Part shown: in pieces, positions 24,971 to 37,577 of the stretch
Numbering within the stretch: position 1 is the stretch's first letter
Layout of the letters: every line of letters begins with the position of its first letter
NCBI RefSeq assembly: GCF_009914755.1
Contig: NC_060940.1
Source of the DNA: the human T2T-CHM13v2.0 reference genome, Homo sapiens
Strand: one strand, 5' to 3'
Length of the DNA stretch: 64,000 bases
Notes under the pieces: generated by a model
The model's database searches: none
What the model was told of the DNA's origin: nothing
Seen by the model: only the letters and a program-made list of their open reading frames with translations
Program-made: the position numbers and the translations under genes

Positions 24971-26309
24971 CTGTTGATGTGATTTCCCAAGGTCACATAG
25001 CACCAGAGCTCAGCATCTTCAGCTTCTCAATAAATAAGAGAGTGCATGAAAAGCAGCAATATACAGGTAATCCTTAAAAAGGAAAGCTTCTCCCTTCTTC
25101 CCTTTCCTGTTGCAGTCAAAGCAATTTCACCTACACCATCAAAAGATGGATTTCTAGATTGCTCATGGAGAAATATACTTGTTAGCCTGGACTGTTTGGG
25201 GCTTTTTCAAATAGTTGCATGCCTTGGGAGATACGATTGATAGAAGATGTGGCACACGAACCATTTGGAGTACAGAGAGGCACTGGAACACTAGCTACTG
25301 GGTTGAGTTGAAAACTGAGAACCGGTTTAGTTAAGATTTTATTAATTACTTTTCCATGATTCCACTTGCTGCTTGGGACTCGCATAAGCAAGGATAGAGA
25401 ATCCAATGGAAAGGCATTTTCATGGGTTGGAAAGCAAATCTCTCCTCCACAGTGTGATTCAGGGACCCAGGTGCCTCCCGCTTGGTGGCTCTCCTCAACC
25501 CCAGCTGGAGTCCCTGTGGGACACAGGGAGCTCAGGAGCTTCCATAAACAGGGATGGGAAAGACAGACACCTTCATTTTCACTCGCCTCTAACTGACATA
25601 TAGCTTTGGTTCTATTATGAATGCCGGAAACAGACGGCAGTAGTATTAGCAGCCCCCGTGAACTTTCTGGCTGTGGAAATCAGATACTTTCTCATCACAT
25701 TTCTGCTGTGGATATCATGAAACTTTGTCTACTTTCATTTGAAATTGCAGTAGCTACTACATCCTGTTACTGAATGCACTGGTAAAGTGCACGCATGTTT
25801 ATATGTTGCTCCATATGTTTGTATATATTTCAGTGTCATCAATTTCCTTTCTGCTCCTACATAGTTCTCAGATTTAAAAGCATTGTTCTGATAAAGTTCC
25901 AGAGACTTCACCAGATGTTGAAGGGTCCAGGGCCTAATAAAATTAATACGCCATACCCTGGGGGCTTGTTCTGCACATCTGCCAGTGAGAAGGAAAGGAG
26001 GGGGAGATGTCACCTCCATAACACAAGCCTTGGCTGAGATGTGACATGCACCACCCTCACTCAAACCTCCTCCAAGTGCCTGTCACCAGGGGGACACGGG
26101 GGCCAGGACATGGAGTGGTCGAGTGGGCAGCACCTGGCTGTGTGCTGTGGGAGCACTCTGCTTTCAACGGCAGGAAGGGAATGGGTTGGGGTGGGGGCGG
26201 GGTAGTGGGAGGCCCCTGTTACCAGTGCTAAGAGCCAGGACTGTTACAAGATTCAAAAGAGACCACCCATGCAATGCCTTTCCCTGGGCCTAAACACACT
26301 TATTATTAT

Positions 26310-26435
26310 TACTGTGTAATTGTTATGCCCTAGAATGTCTGTTTCCCTGTGGGTTTCCCCCAGAGACTGTGAACTACTTGAAGCAAAGGGCTGTGTCTGA
26401 TTCATCTCATTATTTCCAGCTTTGACCACAGGGTC
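26310..26435 (+). mobile_element. L2 3' end fragment
   Basis: agactgtgaactacttgaagcaaagggctgtgtctgattcatct. Confidence 0.6.
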
Positions 26436-27959
26436 ATCGTTGTTCATTTGTCCCAATATTTGTGGGATTCCACTGGGAACAAAGTGAATTGGGACAAGTG
26501 AATAATGATGACATACAGTTGTTTTTCTGACACTTCTGCCCCCAGGAAAACAAGGCAAAAGGCCTGTGACTCTGTCTTCAGGCAGTGGGACATGTTCTTA
26601 AACGACGGAGCCACATCCATGCCTCTACCTTCCAGTAAGGTTTGCCTGCTTAAGCATACTTGTTGAAAATCAATTGCACATGAACCCTCACATGTACACG
26701 TGTGCACACACAGATGCATGCACACACATACACACATGCACACACCAGCCAGACACTGCCTCTTTCCTTCTCCGACTCCCACCCTGCCTCCAAGAGGAAT
26801 ATTTATGATTTTTAATAAACTGTGACCACAGCTAATTAGGCTCCTCACCCATGCCCCCAAGGCCACTAAGGGGCTGTGACGGTTGGCATTTCCTATCTCC
26901 AAGTGCAACGAGGCCGCACATGCCACACTGATGAACTCACGGTGTAGCAGACTCCATCCCTGCCGTCTGGGAGAATGCTCGTCTTTCAAACCAGATTAAA
27001 AGAAAACAAGAGCTGGGCCCATCCCAGCATCATGAGCCCAGAATTATGCACTTCACTGAAGTAGGAATGTGGCCCATTCATTACTGTGTGTCATCAATTA
27101 ATGACTATGTGAAATACGGCCCCCAGGGTGTGCTGATCCCCCCAGAGGGTGGCGGGAGGGACTGCTGTGTGCTGCTGAGCTGGTTTAACTCCCCCGGCAC
27201 GGAGAAGGATCTCCTGCCTGTGTGCCTTAGAGCTGCGTTTTGGGAGAGGAGCAGGGAGGTCCCCAAAGGGCGTGGGCATCTGGGGAGAGAAAAGCTGCTG
27301 TGGTTCATTTCCTGAACTCAGTGGGCAGCAACATGGAGTGGCCTGCCTCACCCAGGGGACCAGGCCAATGTGTTACATGCAATTTAGTGACAGGTATTAG
27401 TCGCTCCCGGGCAGCGACTGAACCATCCTGGCTCATTAACTCCAAGGACTGACGTGGCCAGCAGGGAGGAGAGGACTGGAGGGTCAGCAGTCAGCCTAGT
27501 CCCTTGCAGTGGCTGAAGGGATCCCATCTTCAAGAGACATTCGCAGGCCTGATGCTTCTCTGTGTGAGAGGGAGGGGAACTGAGGGTGAGGGCGAATCCT
27601 TGATCTCATTCCTGCTATGGTGCTGGTGTACATGGAGCCAGGCTGCTGGGCTGAGTGCCATGGCCGCATGCACCAGCCAAGGGACCAGGGCAGTGGCTTT
27701 GTAGCCTGTGTGTGTCTCCACTTCCTCCCCATGGAACAGAGATGACCAAGGTGGATCCCTGGCTCTAGGGTTGCTGGAAGCATCAGATGCACTCATTGGT
27801 GCACATGCTTAGAGCCAGCACAGGCACTAGAAGGAATGTAAGGGCCCGTTTTTATCAGGGATATGCTTGCAAAACCATCTGTGCCACAGAGACTATAGGT
27901 GAAAAACAGGTGTGAAAATCCTGATGACCCAGCTTCCTTTAAACTTTTTCTAAAGTTAT

Positions 27960-28169
27960 ACTGATTCTTCACAAGGGATGTATTGGTCAAGGTTCTCCAG
28001 AGAAACAGCTCCAACAGGATAGACAGGCATGTATACTGGAGGACATTCGTTATGGGAATTGGCTACTAATTTTTCATAATGGATGTATTGGGCAAGGTTC
28101 TCCAGAGAAACAGCTCCAACAGGATAGACAGGCATGTATATCGGAGGACATTCATTATGGGAATTGGCT
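27960..28169 (+). repeat. 2 x 105-bp tandem duplication spanning the MLT2 LTR end and its flank
   Basis: 27960-28064 vs 28065-28169, 8 mismatches, no indels. Confidence 0.93.
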
Positions 28170-28646
28170 CAGGCGATGGTGAAGGCCAAGGAGTCCTACA
28201 ATCTGCTATAAGCAAGCTGGAGAATGGGAAAGTGAGTGGCGCAATTCAGTTCAAGTCTGAAGGCCTGAGAGCCAGGAGGGCCAATGGTGCAGCTCCCAGC
28301 CCAGGGCCGAGGTCTGAAACCAGGGATGGGATACTGGAGTAAGTCCAGGGATCCAAAGGCCCACAAACCAGGAGCACTGATGTCTGAGGGCAGCACAAGA
28401 CAGATGTCCCAGGCCTGAAGAGAGAAGGAACTCGCCCTTTCTCTGCCTTTTTGTTTTATCCAGGCCCTCAGGGGATCGGATGGGGACCACCTACTTTGGG
28501 GAAGAGTGTTCTTTTTACTCAGGCTACTGATTGTGATGCCCATCTCTTCCAGAAACACCCTCACAGACACACCCAGAAATCGTGTAATCCCAGCTACATG
28601 GGCATCCTTTAGCCCAGTCAAATTGACATACGAAATTCACCATCAC
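28084..28646 (-). mobile_element. MLT2 (ERVL LTR, MLT2B-like), 3' LTR
   Basis: Minus strand starts GTGATGGTGAATTTCGTATGTCAATTTGACTGGGCTAAAGGATGCCC and ends ...TCTCTGGAGAACCTTGCCCAATACA. Confidence 0.9.
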
Positions 28647-29005
28647 GAGCCCACCCTTCATCAACCTGGCACCCATGTGCATCTCCTTAGATCACACTCC
28701 ATCATCTCCAAATAAAGACAAAATAAGGTGTGAATCCACCTAACATCAAACAGCTCTCCTGCATACAACCGGAAACACACCAGCCTCTTCCCCAGAGAGG
28801 AGATTAAGACCCTGAGTGTTCACTCCCGACATCTTATAACTTAACACGATGATGTCAAATTAACAATACTGCAATACTGATAGAAAGCCAATTCATCTTA
28901 TGTTACATGATAAAGAAATATGAGAGGAAAGAAAACAAAGACATTTGCTGAATGTGTACATTTACACACATGTATTCATAGGAAGAAGAAGGAAATGCTC
29001 TTGTC
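28647..29005 (-). mobile_element. ERVL internal 3' remnant with polypurine tract
   Basis: Minus strand ...GGGTGCCAGGTTGATGAAGGGTGGGCT sits immediately before the MLT2 start. Confidence 0.75.
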
Positions 29006-30276
29006 AGGTGGCAAATGCTGTGTATGATATTCTGATTTCCAAAGGGTAAATTTGAACATTTTGTTTTTTAACCTGTTGAGAGTATGTTTTGTGCTGTCTT
29101 TACAATGTATTGAAGTATCTGTTTTCCTGGCAACTTCCTTTCATGATCACAATGGTTATTTATAAAGCTCCACATTTGCCCTACGGTGGGGCGCACCTTG
29201 GGGTGGAGGGTCTGCAGTACTGAAGCCGGCAGGCCAGGCGGCGGGTGGGTGGTGGGAGAGGGGGCTCAGATACTTCAGCCTTCTATGTGATCGATGTGTA
29301 GTGGCTGGGTCGCCACCCCAGCGTTTGGCCATTACCACATCAGAAAGCAATGAAATCACCCGGCGGGACTGTGAGGCAGATCGGACTTTTGAATATAAGC
29401 CCCTGTGAATCCTATCCATGGAACTTTCTCCATCACACCCTCTACGTAGTTGTCACACAGGGTGGACACTTGCAGAATTTAATGACGATCGTTTGAATGC
29501 ATGACTTGCAACACAGGTGGGAACAGGTGGGAACGCCATTGGTGCTGACCTCAGGGCCAAGCAGGAGCTCCGCCGCTTTCTGCGGGAGTGGAAGGCTTCC
29601 CTCCCATTCCTGACCAGCACTTAATGGGCCTCTGTGGCCATCCTTTTGGTTTCCCCCAAGCCTTCTCCCCTTGACATTTTTTCCAGGATATGAACAGTGG
29701 TGGGTACTTGGGCCACCTCTCCACTCGGGCAGGAGTTGGCAGTCTGCACACACATCTGTTCTCCTTCCCCGAGACAGGCGCTGCCATCCGAGGGCGGGAC
29801 CCGGGAGACAGAATGACATTTCCATGCAGGCTGCCATGGTGCTTAGGCAGGAAGGGGACGAGAAGGGGCCTCCCGGTGGCGGCATCTCCTGATGTAATTA
29901 GTCCTTGTGGACCTCACCTCCTGTGGCTTGCCGGCTCAGGGGCTGAGCATTTGTCAGGGCTGTGACGGGGATCCCCCACCTTGCAAGGGCGACATATGGC
30001 TGAGGAATTCGCAGTCCCAGGAGTCGGGTCTTGGGCACGCTCTGTTCCCATATTCATCACTGCAGTGGGCTGAGCCGAGAGATGACTTCTTCGGGAAGCA
30101 GCTTTTCCCTGCTGCTGAAGTCCTTGGAAGAGAGGGCTAGGGTGACTCTAATAACCATCACGGGAACCTCCCTTCTTTTCAAAGGATGGGACTCAGTGAA
30201 AGCTTTTCAATTATTTCAGCAGGGCCTATTGAAGAATAATATTAGACAAGGCGCAAAGACTTCAGGATAATAGAAG

Positions 30277-30560
30277 AGCAGGGTCCTTACCCAGGCTGGA
30301 GTGCAGTAGCACCATCATAGCCCACTGTAGCCTCAAGCACCTGGGCTCAAGCAATTCTCCCACCTCAGCACCCTGAGTAGCTGGAGCTACAGGCATGCGC
30401 CGCCACTCTCTGTTTTTTGTTTGTTTGTTTTGTTTTGTTTGTAGAGGTGGGAATCTCACTATGTTGCCCAGGCTGTTCTCAAACTCCTGGGCTCAAGCGA
30501 TCCTCCTGCCTCTGCCTCCCAAAGTGCTGGGACTACAGGTATGAGTCAACACACTTGCCT
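30277..30560 (-). mobile_element. AluJ (tail absent or eroded)
   Basis: cctgggctcaagcaattctccc; ctcctgggctcaagcgatcctcc. Confidence 0.85.
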
Positions 30561-30703
30561 AATTCTTTCTTAAAAAAAAAATCGGTAGAGATGGGGTCTT
30601 GCCTCGTTGCCTAGGCTGGTCTCCAACTCCTGGCTTCAAGTAACCCTCCCATCTCGGCCTCTCAAAGTGCTGAGATTACAGGTGGGAGCCACCATGCCTG
30701 GCT
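30561..30703 (-). mobile_element. FLAM / Alu left monomer
   Basis: gtagagatggggtcttg...caaagtgctgagattacaggtgggagccaccatgcctggct. Confidence 0.85.
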
Positions 30704-30779
30704 AAAATGCAAGGTCTTATATGTAAGAAAAATTCTTGTTGTTTGTTAGCTTCTCTCAAACAAAATAAACTTTTAAAAA

Positions 30780-31200
30780 GCTATTATTTATATTTATTGA
30801 GCACTCTCCAAGTGCTAGGCATTCTGCTAAGCTCTTTAAATGTAGTTTAACTCCACAAAATTTCCAGCTTTATAAATTAAATAGGCTGAAAGTGAGTGAT
30901 CTCATACGGTTCAAACTAAGACATTCCATTTCTTAAAAGTCTAGGTGATAATTGATAATATCCCTATTTTACAGATGAATAAATTGAGGGTCAGAGAGGT
31001 TAAGTAATTTGGCCTCGATCATGCAATTCATAAGAGTGGCAGAACCAGGATTTAAATACAAACATTAATTTATGTAATAGGAGCACTACATGATGCTAAT
31101 CTCAAGTGTGGAATTTTTTAAAAATTTACTAAATTTGGAGTCTTTTTGACTCCAAAATTTCACACTTGAGATTACCGTCATATAGTGCTCCTATTCCATA
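30780..31200 (-). mobile_element. MIR, interrupted
   Basis: atttattgagcac...ctaggcattctgctaag; ctattttacagatgaataaattgagggtcagagaggttaagtaattt; agtggcagaaccaggattt; tgactccaaa. Confidence 0.75.
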
Positions 31201-31207
31201 AATTAAT
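31064..31207. repeat. 144-bp quasi-palindrome (long inverted repeat)
   Basis: Outer arms 31064-31117 and 31154-31207 pair at 49/54. Inner hairpin ttggagtc-ttttt-gactccaa. Confidence 0.95.
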
Positions 31208-31780
31208 TTTTGTAAAGTGCTCAGAATGGTTCCCGACAAGGGAACTGCTATATAAACAAGGTTAAATAGGAATAAATTAAGAAAGTATTTTGTGTTCATT
31301 CCAGTAATTGTTACACGTTAAATCCTAGTCAGTTACTTAACATAAAATCCTCTATATTTTGCTGTGTTTGGCCATAAAAGCCTCCCAGTCCTCCTCATGC
31401 TCCATAAACCGTCAACACAGCCCCAGCGCCCCCTGCTCCGTCCTCCGAAGTGCACGTCCAGAGGTTTCTTGCATACGAACTTGTCACAGACCCCGGGTCA
31501 GATAAGTCTCTATTTTTCTCTTGGAAAATGTGGAAGCCATCACAAGGACCATTTTTCCTTTTTCACCACGGGATTATAGAAACATAGAGATGGAAAGTTC
31601 CAGGCAGAACATCTAGTCCAAACTCTCCCACATCAGAGCCTCTCCTGAGAGCAGGAGGCAGGTGGCAGAAGACCTGGGGGTTAATCCCATTATATGCCGA
31701 AATCCAATGTGTGGCCTCGGGCACGTCTCATAACATCTCTGGATCTGCAATTGCCTGTGGTGTGGGGATTGAGCCTGATC

Positions 31781-31783
<3 letters not shown>

Positions 31784-31811
<28 letters not shown>
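31784..31811 (+). repeat. (TG)n microsatellite
   Basis: About 14 TG units. Confidence 0.95.
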
Positions 31812-32229
31812 AGACTCACTTCACTTTTATTATAAACAAACACAGTCTCAGATAAGTACAACTAGCTTCAGAGGTGATATTAATAGAAATTATTGCAAAA
31901 TTATTCTTAGGTTACAAATAACTACTATCCCACATCAAGAAGGGGAAAATCCCACTCAGTCAAAGAAAGGGCATCCTACATATGTTTCCATGGCAATGAC
32001 TATGCATTCTCTAATTTTTTCTGGCTAGTTACCCACCACTTCTCCAATGGGTTCATTCAATTTCTTGGAAAATCATATTGACCAATGAGAGCATCCGGGA
32101 CACATGGACATGCCAAGTTCCTGGTGGACATTGCTATTATGAAAATACTCAGGTCTTGAGAATTCCTCTGCTGAAAGATCCCAAAATGCTTTATGAAAAG
32201 CATTAGTCACGCCTCAAAACTGCCTGTTG

Positions 32230-32345
32230 AGGCAGGTCAGTATTATTACCCCCATTTTAATGGAAGGAAAACTGAGGCACATTATAGTTAGGTCCCTTGC
32301 CCAGGGTCACATAGCAAGTCAGTGGCACAGTGGTAGGAGAGGATT
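32230..32345 (-). mobile_element. MIR
   Basis: ccccatttt...ggaaaactgaggcac...cttgcccagggtcacatagcaag. Confidence 0.75.
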
Positions 32346-33219
32346 GGGCCTGATCTTTAATGTTTGCTTTCAGATTCAATATTCCGTACGTCAGATCATG
32401 TGATTTCACCACGAAACGATACGTCCTCCTGAAATGTCACATGCTCATAGAGCATGACCTCATGGGAGAGGGCCGTCGGCTTCCACATCACCTCTTTCTT
32501 TTCGCTTTGTATGGTTTGGATAGGTCGTTCATGCACTCAGGACAACATGTACAAGGTACAAAAGTGTTTACAGTGAAAAATAGCTTCACCCTGCTCACTC
32601 TTCCCTCAGCTGCCCCGGCCGCCTCCCAGGAGGCAGCAGCATCACTTTCTTCCTGTCCTTCTGGAGCCAGTCCATATGTGTGAAAGCAATCACATGCGGG
32701 TGCACCTCCAGCCCAGTGGGCACTGGCCACACACCTCCCTCACCCCTAACCTGTTTGGGGCTGACCCCCTTCCTCTGGGTTCTCCAGCTGTCCTCAAACT
32801 GTCCTTGCTCCTCTGGCCCCTTTTGTGCTCTTTATTTTGGAACCTGATGTCCAGCCTCTAGGACTAAGATGATGAGAAATTCAGACCCCAAAGGACCTCC
32901 CTGTATCCCAGAGAAGAAGCTGGTAGAGGAGGCCAAATTCGAGGAGGGGGTGGAGCTGGCTAAATGGAAGGAGGGGCATGTCTCTCCTCCTTTGGGCGCT
33001 AAGTTCGAATGATATCTAGAAAGGGAAGAGAAAGAATTCCATCCAGGAAGAGCAGGGAACATCTTTTCAGGAACATTTTTTATTACACGTTTGTCTAAAG
33101 CACTTCCCCGTGACCCCATTTGGACTGGGAAGACTGGAGGAAGAGTTAGCACAGCAGGTGTCCCCACGCAGCCACTGCTGGCAGATTTGTGTCACATCCC
33201 TTTGCACTTGAGCTACATT

Positions 33220-33735
33220 TGAACTTCCCCACCGTGGCCCATGTCCTGTGGGGTCTGGCCCTGTCCACCTCCACAGCCTGCGCCTCAGACCCCACCTCAC
33301 CCTGGCTGCACAGCCTCTTTGTCTGTTCCTCCAACCCCAGCTCCTGTCCAGCATGGAAGGCTTCCAAACGTCCTGTATGGGCCATTCACTCCCTCCTATC
33401 AAGGTGACGCACAAAAGTGGCTCATCCTCCCGCTTGGCTATGACCTTAGAGAAGCCGCCTCGGCCCCCAAGTTTGCACTCACCCCTCCCCAGAGATTCAT
33501 CATCGGGTTCTACATTTTTCCATAACATTTAACACAGTCTGAAATTATTACATTATTTATATTTTACCACATTTATCATGTTTACTTATATATTTTCTCT
33601 CTCTCTCACCACTGGGGTACGACGTCTATGAAAGTGAGGACTTTGGTTCACCTTGTTCCCTACTCTCTCCCCAGTGCCAAAAAAAGCATATGCCAGGTGC
33701 TCAGTACCTTAACTGAATTGTTCAATGAATAATAG
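33220..33735 (+). mobile_element. L2 3' portion
   Basis: ggtctggccctgtccacctcc...gaggactttggttcaccttgttc...ccccagtgcc...caggtgctcagt...caatgaat. Confidence 0.65.
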
Positions 33736-34044
33736 AAAATTTCAAAGTGTATACTTTCCCCGTTTTCCCAAAGATTCGCTAAAAATGTGGTAGAATCGAG
33801 CTCTGTTTTGCCAGTGGCATGGTGTCCCTTTGTCAGTCCTTGCTTAGAAATAAAGCCGGAGAGGGAAGTCAGGAAGCAGAACCTCGGTACTCAAATGAGG
33901 GCATCAGTTCCCACCGGGGCAGCCCCGGGAAGACGGTATGGTTGGCCAACGTCTGCCCATTTCCAGGCAGCCCTGTCCACATACCCACAGTCCCCTGTCC
34001 TCGGCGCCAGGGTGCACACCCTGGCCAGTCCCCACACATGGCCG

Positions 34045-34282
34045 TGGATGGAAAGTTCTGTATCTGTGCCACTAGGCAGAGGTGGCTGCACAATTAAGAA
34101 GCTGAATTTTAGTTTGTTTAATTTACCTCAAATTATTATTTTAAAGTTTTACTTCAATTGTTCTTTTCTTTTTCTGAGACGGAGCCTATTGCCCAGGCTG
34201 GAGTGCACTGGCACGATCTCGGCTCACTGCCAAATTATTCTTTAAAATTATTTAGCTAATTGCTACCATATTGGACAGTGTG
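34045..34282. mobile_element. MER3 interrupted by a ~55-nt Alu 3' fragment (34160-34230, minus)
   Basis: gatggaaagttctgtatctg...ctgaatttt...gctaccatattggacagtg. The Alu piece is flanked by caaattatt repeats (34129 and 34231). Confidence 0.7.
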
Positions 34283-34319
34283 GCCCTGACCTGTTAAGCC
34301 AAGTCAGGAAGCTGCATTT

Positions 34320-34490
34320 CTCATTCATTCCTCGGGACAGCCCCACGAGAGGTGGCTACCGTTACTATCCCATTTCACAGATGAGAAAACTAAGGCCCAG
34401 GGAGGTAAATAACTTGCTCAGGGTCTTCAAGTAGGAAGCAGCAGAGCCGAGATTCCAGCCCCAAGCTGGCACTCTTCAGCACTGCACAGT
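34320..34490 (-). mobile_element. MIR
   Basis: cccatttcacagatgagaaaactaaggcccagggaggtaaataacttgctcaggg. Confidence 0.8.
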
Positions 34491-34776
34491 CCGCCCTCTC
34501 TGCACTCTGGCCAGCGTCAGCATCACCTCCAGGGACAGTGCATGCACCAGGAAGGACACAGCTTTGGAACCATCTGCGTGAAAATGCGAATGTTTAGGTT
34601 TGCATTGCAAACCCCACTGCAAATCAGCTGTGACTTTGGACAAAGCCCATCATTTCTCTAAAGCCCCAACTTCTACGGATTGCATCCGCCTTCCCTTCTT
34701 CCCGACCCCCACCCCCAGTAATTCCTGCTCCACCTTCAAACCCCCAACATTCATCTCACTCAAACTCCCTTTCAAA

Positions 34777-35073
<297 letters not shown>

Positions 35074-35132
35074 AACTCCCTTTCAAGATTAGCTCTCTGC
35101 ATTTCTGGTCATCAGTTATTCCTACTCTAATA

Positions 35133-35665
35133 GGTGTTCTGGTTATCTCTTGGTGTATAACAAAACCACTTAAGGATTGAAAGAAACATGATTTTACGGG
35201 TTGGGAATTCAGGAAGGGTTCAGCTGGGCAGCTCTTGCTAGAGGTCTCTCATCTGGCTGTCGTCTGATGTTGACTGACGTGTCAGATGGGTATCCAGGAC
35301 GGTGCATACGTATGTTGGTGGTTGGGGCTGGACGTCACCTGGAATCTCGGCAGGTGGCAGATTAGAGCCTTCACGTGACCCCTCCATGTGGCTTGGTCTT
35401 TCCTCTGCCTGGCATTTGGGTCCACCAGAGTGAGCATCCCAGGAGATCCAGGAGGAGGCGGTCAGCCTTCCTGTGATCCATTCTCATGAGTCCCAGAAGG
35501 CCACTTTTGCAGCCAGCTATTGATCGAGCAAGTCACTAAAGCCAGCCCAGGGCCCGGGAACAGGATTACAGCACAGCTCTTGATGGCAACATGGGAATGG
35601 CACTTCATAAGAGGACCATGAACAAGGGAGGTACTGTCGTGGCCACTTTTGTACAGTAAAATCTG
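35133..35665 (-). mobile_element. Old MaLR LTR (MLT1H-K-like)
   Basis: tgtataacaaaaccac...gggaattcaggaagggttcagctgggcag...ctccatgtggcttgg...agcaagtcactaaagccagccc. Confidence 0.7.
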
Positions 35666-35889
35666 TCAGAGAATGAAGGTGAAATAAGTCAGTGTGTTCC
35701 CTTTCTCAAGGGACTTTGCATTTAAATTTGATCTTTCCTTGACACGCTGCAAATGAGTTTCCCAGAAAATAATACTTGGTATCCTGCTGCCCGTCCGGGG
35801 TCTCCCAGCACTGCTTTCATTTCCGTGTATGTGTGTTGCGGGGGGCGCCGTCCGCACAGTCCTCTGTAGGGGCTCCATCGAATTTTCCC

Positions 35890-36110
35890 ACAAAATTACT
35901 ATAATTCATAATAATAACAATCGCAATACCTAATATTTGTGAAGAGATTTTTATGGAAATGGTCAAGTGCTAAGAACTTTCTGTATTTCTTCTCATTTAA
36001 TCTCTCTGAAGGGGTAATGATTCCCATTTCAGGTGGCTGAATGATGGATCCAGGATCTCAACAATCTAACAAGTGGGGAGCCAGGCTTCTTAGCAAATCT
36101 CCCAGAGTGA
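35890..36110 (-). mobile_element. MIR
   Basis: ataataaca...taatatttg...tctcatttaatct...cccatttcaggtg. Confidence 0.6.
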
Positions 36111-36124
36111 ACCTTGACCGATAC

Positions 36125-36129
<5 letters not shown>

Positions 36130-36172
<43 letters not shown>
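36130..36172 (+). repeat. (CA)n microsatellite
   Basis: About 21 perfect CA units. Confidence 0.97.
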
Positions 36173-36175
<3 letters not shown>

Positions 36176-37047
36176 GGGTTCATATTGGGAGTTAGTCTGA
36201 ACGATTGTGGGGGCTGCCTGAGCAAGTCTGCCATTCGTAGGGCAGGAGGACAGGAAGGAAATGTCCTGAGCTGGAGCTGCATGGGCCCAGCCAAGCTGCA
36301 CTATCCACGGGTGGGAGCTCTCCTTCCCTCCCTGTCTTATTGTGACATGTGTGTCATTTCCAGCTTGAGACAGCTAAAGACAGTGCTGCCATGAGCCCAC
36401 ACAGATATCTTGGTGCACCGAGACACAAGCTTTGCCAGGGGATATGCTTAGGAATGGAATTACAAATTAGAGGATGTCCTCAACTTCAACTTTCTAGACA
36501 ATTCCAAACTATTTCTTCAAGAGGTGTCCCGGCCGGTGCAGCATTTTCCATCTGAGAAGCTGCAGTCAGCCTCCAGATAACCTCTGCTCACCGGTCCACA
36601 TCCTGTCCTCTGAGACCCAAAGGCCCCTTCCAGGTCCAGTCCTCCTTGCCTATGAATGCCACAGCGCCAGGGCATAGTAGGTGCTGAATTAAATATCTGT
36701 TGACTGAATGAACAGGGGAGTTAACTTTGAAAACAGCATGCCTACCCTCCTGGTCTATGCTGTTCAAATTCTTTCCACTGATGACCTATGCCAGCCTATA
36801 AGGCGTCTTTATGCCAATTAGAGATAAAGAAACCCCTTTGGGTGGGCAAATTGCAAAAATTCTTCTGCTCTGCAGAGAAGCTGTTACAGTGGCTTATGGC
36901 ATGAATGGTGGGACCCAAACTGCATTTCAGCCCCCGATTGCGTTGGTGAAAGACACACCCAGGGGCAATCCTAAGCAGAGGCCCTCATTCCTGGGTCTCA
37001 CCTATGGGCTCTGACCACACTTCTGTGGATCAAAGTTCTTCAAAGGC

Positions 37048-37577
37048 AGCAATGGTCCCCAGACTTTTTGGCACCAGGGACTGGCTTCATGGAAGACAAT
37101 TGTTCCAGGACCAGGGGTGGGGAGGATGGTTTCGAGATGATTCAAGGGCATTATATTTATCGTGTATTTCATTTCTATTATTATTACATTATAATATATA
37201 ATGAAATAATTATACAACTCATGATAATGTAGAATTGGTGGGAGCCCTGAGCTTGTTTTCCTCCAGCTAGATGGTCCCGTTTGGGGGTGGTGGGAGGCAG
37301 TGACAGATCACCAGGCATTAGATTCTCATAAGGAGCACACAACCTAGATCCCCCACGTGTGCAGTTCACAATAGGGTTCACGCTCCTGTGAGAATCTAAT
37401 GCCACTGCTGATCTGACGGGAGACGGAGCTCAGGCAGTAATTTGTGTGATGGGGAGTGGCTGTAAATACAGACGAAGTCTCGCTCGCTTGCCTGCTGCTC
37501 ATCTACTGCTGTACGGCGTGGTTCCTAACAGGCTACAGATTGGTACCAGTCCATGGCCTGGGGATTTGGGACCCCCA
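37048..37577 (-). mobile_element. MER1A (hAT-Charlie MITE)
   Basis: ggtccccagactttttggcaccagggactgg...gcattagattctcataaggagc...gggatttgggacccc. About 530 bp, including the MER1A-specific middle. Confidence 0.9.

Noticed and set aside
26444-26989. Longest ORF (181 aa) as a coding exon
   Set aside because: It has a non-ATG start, runs through a (TG)-like tract (VCMCVCV) and has no recognisable domain.
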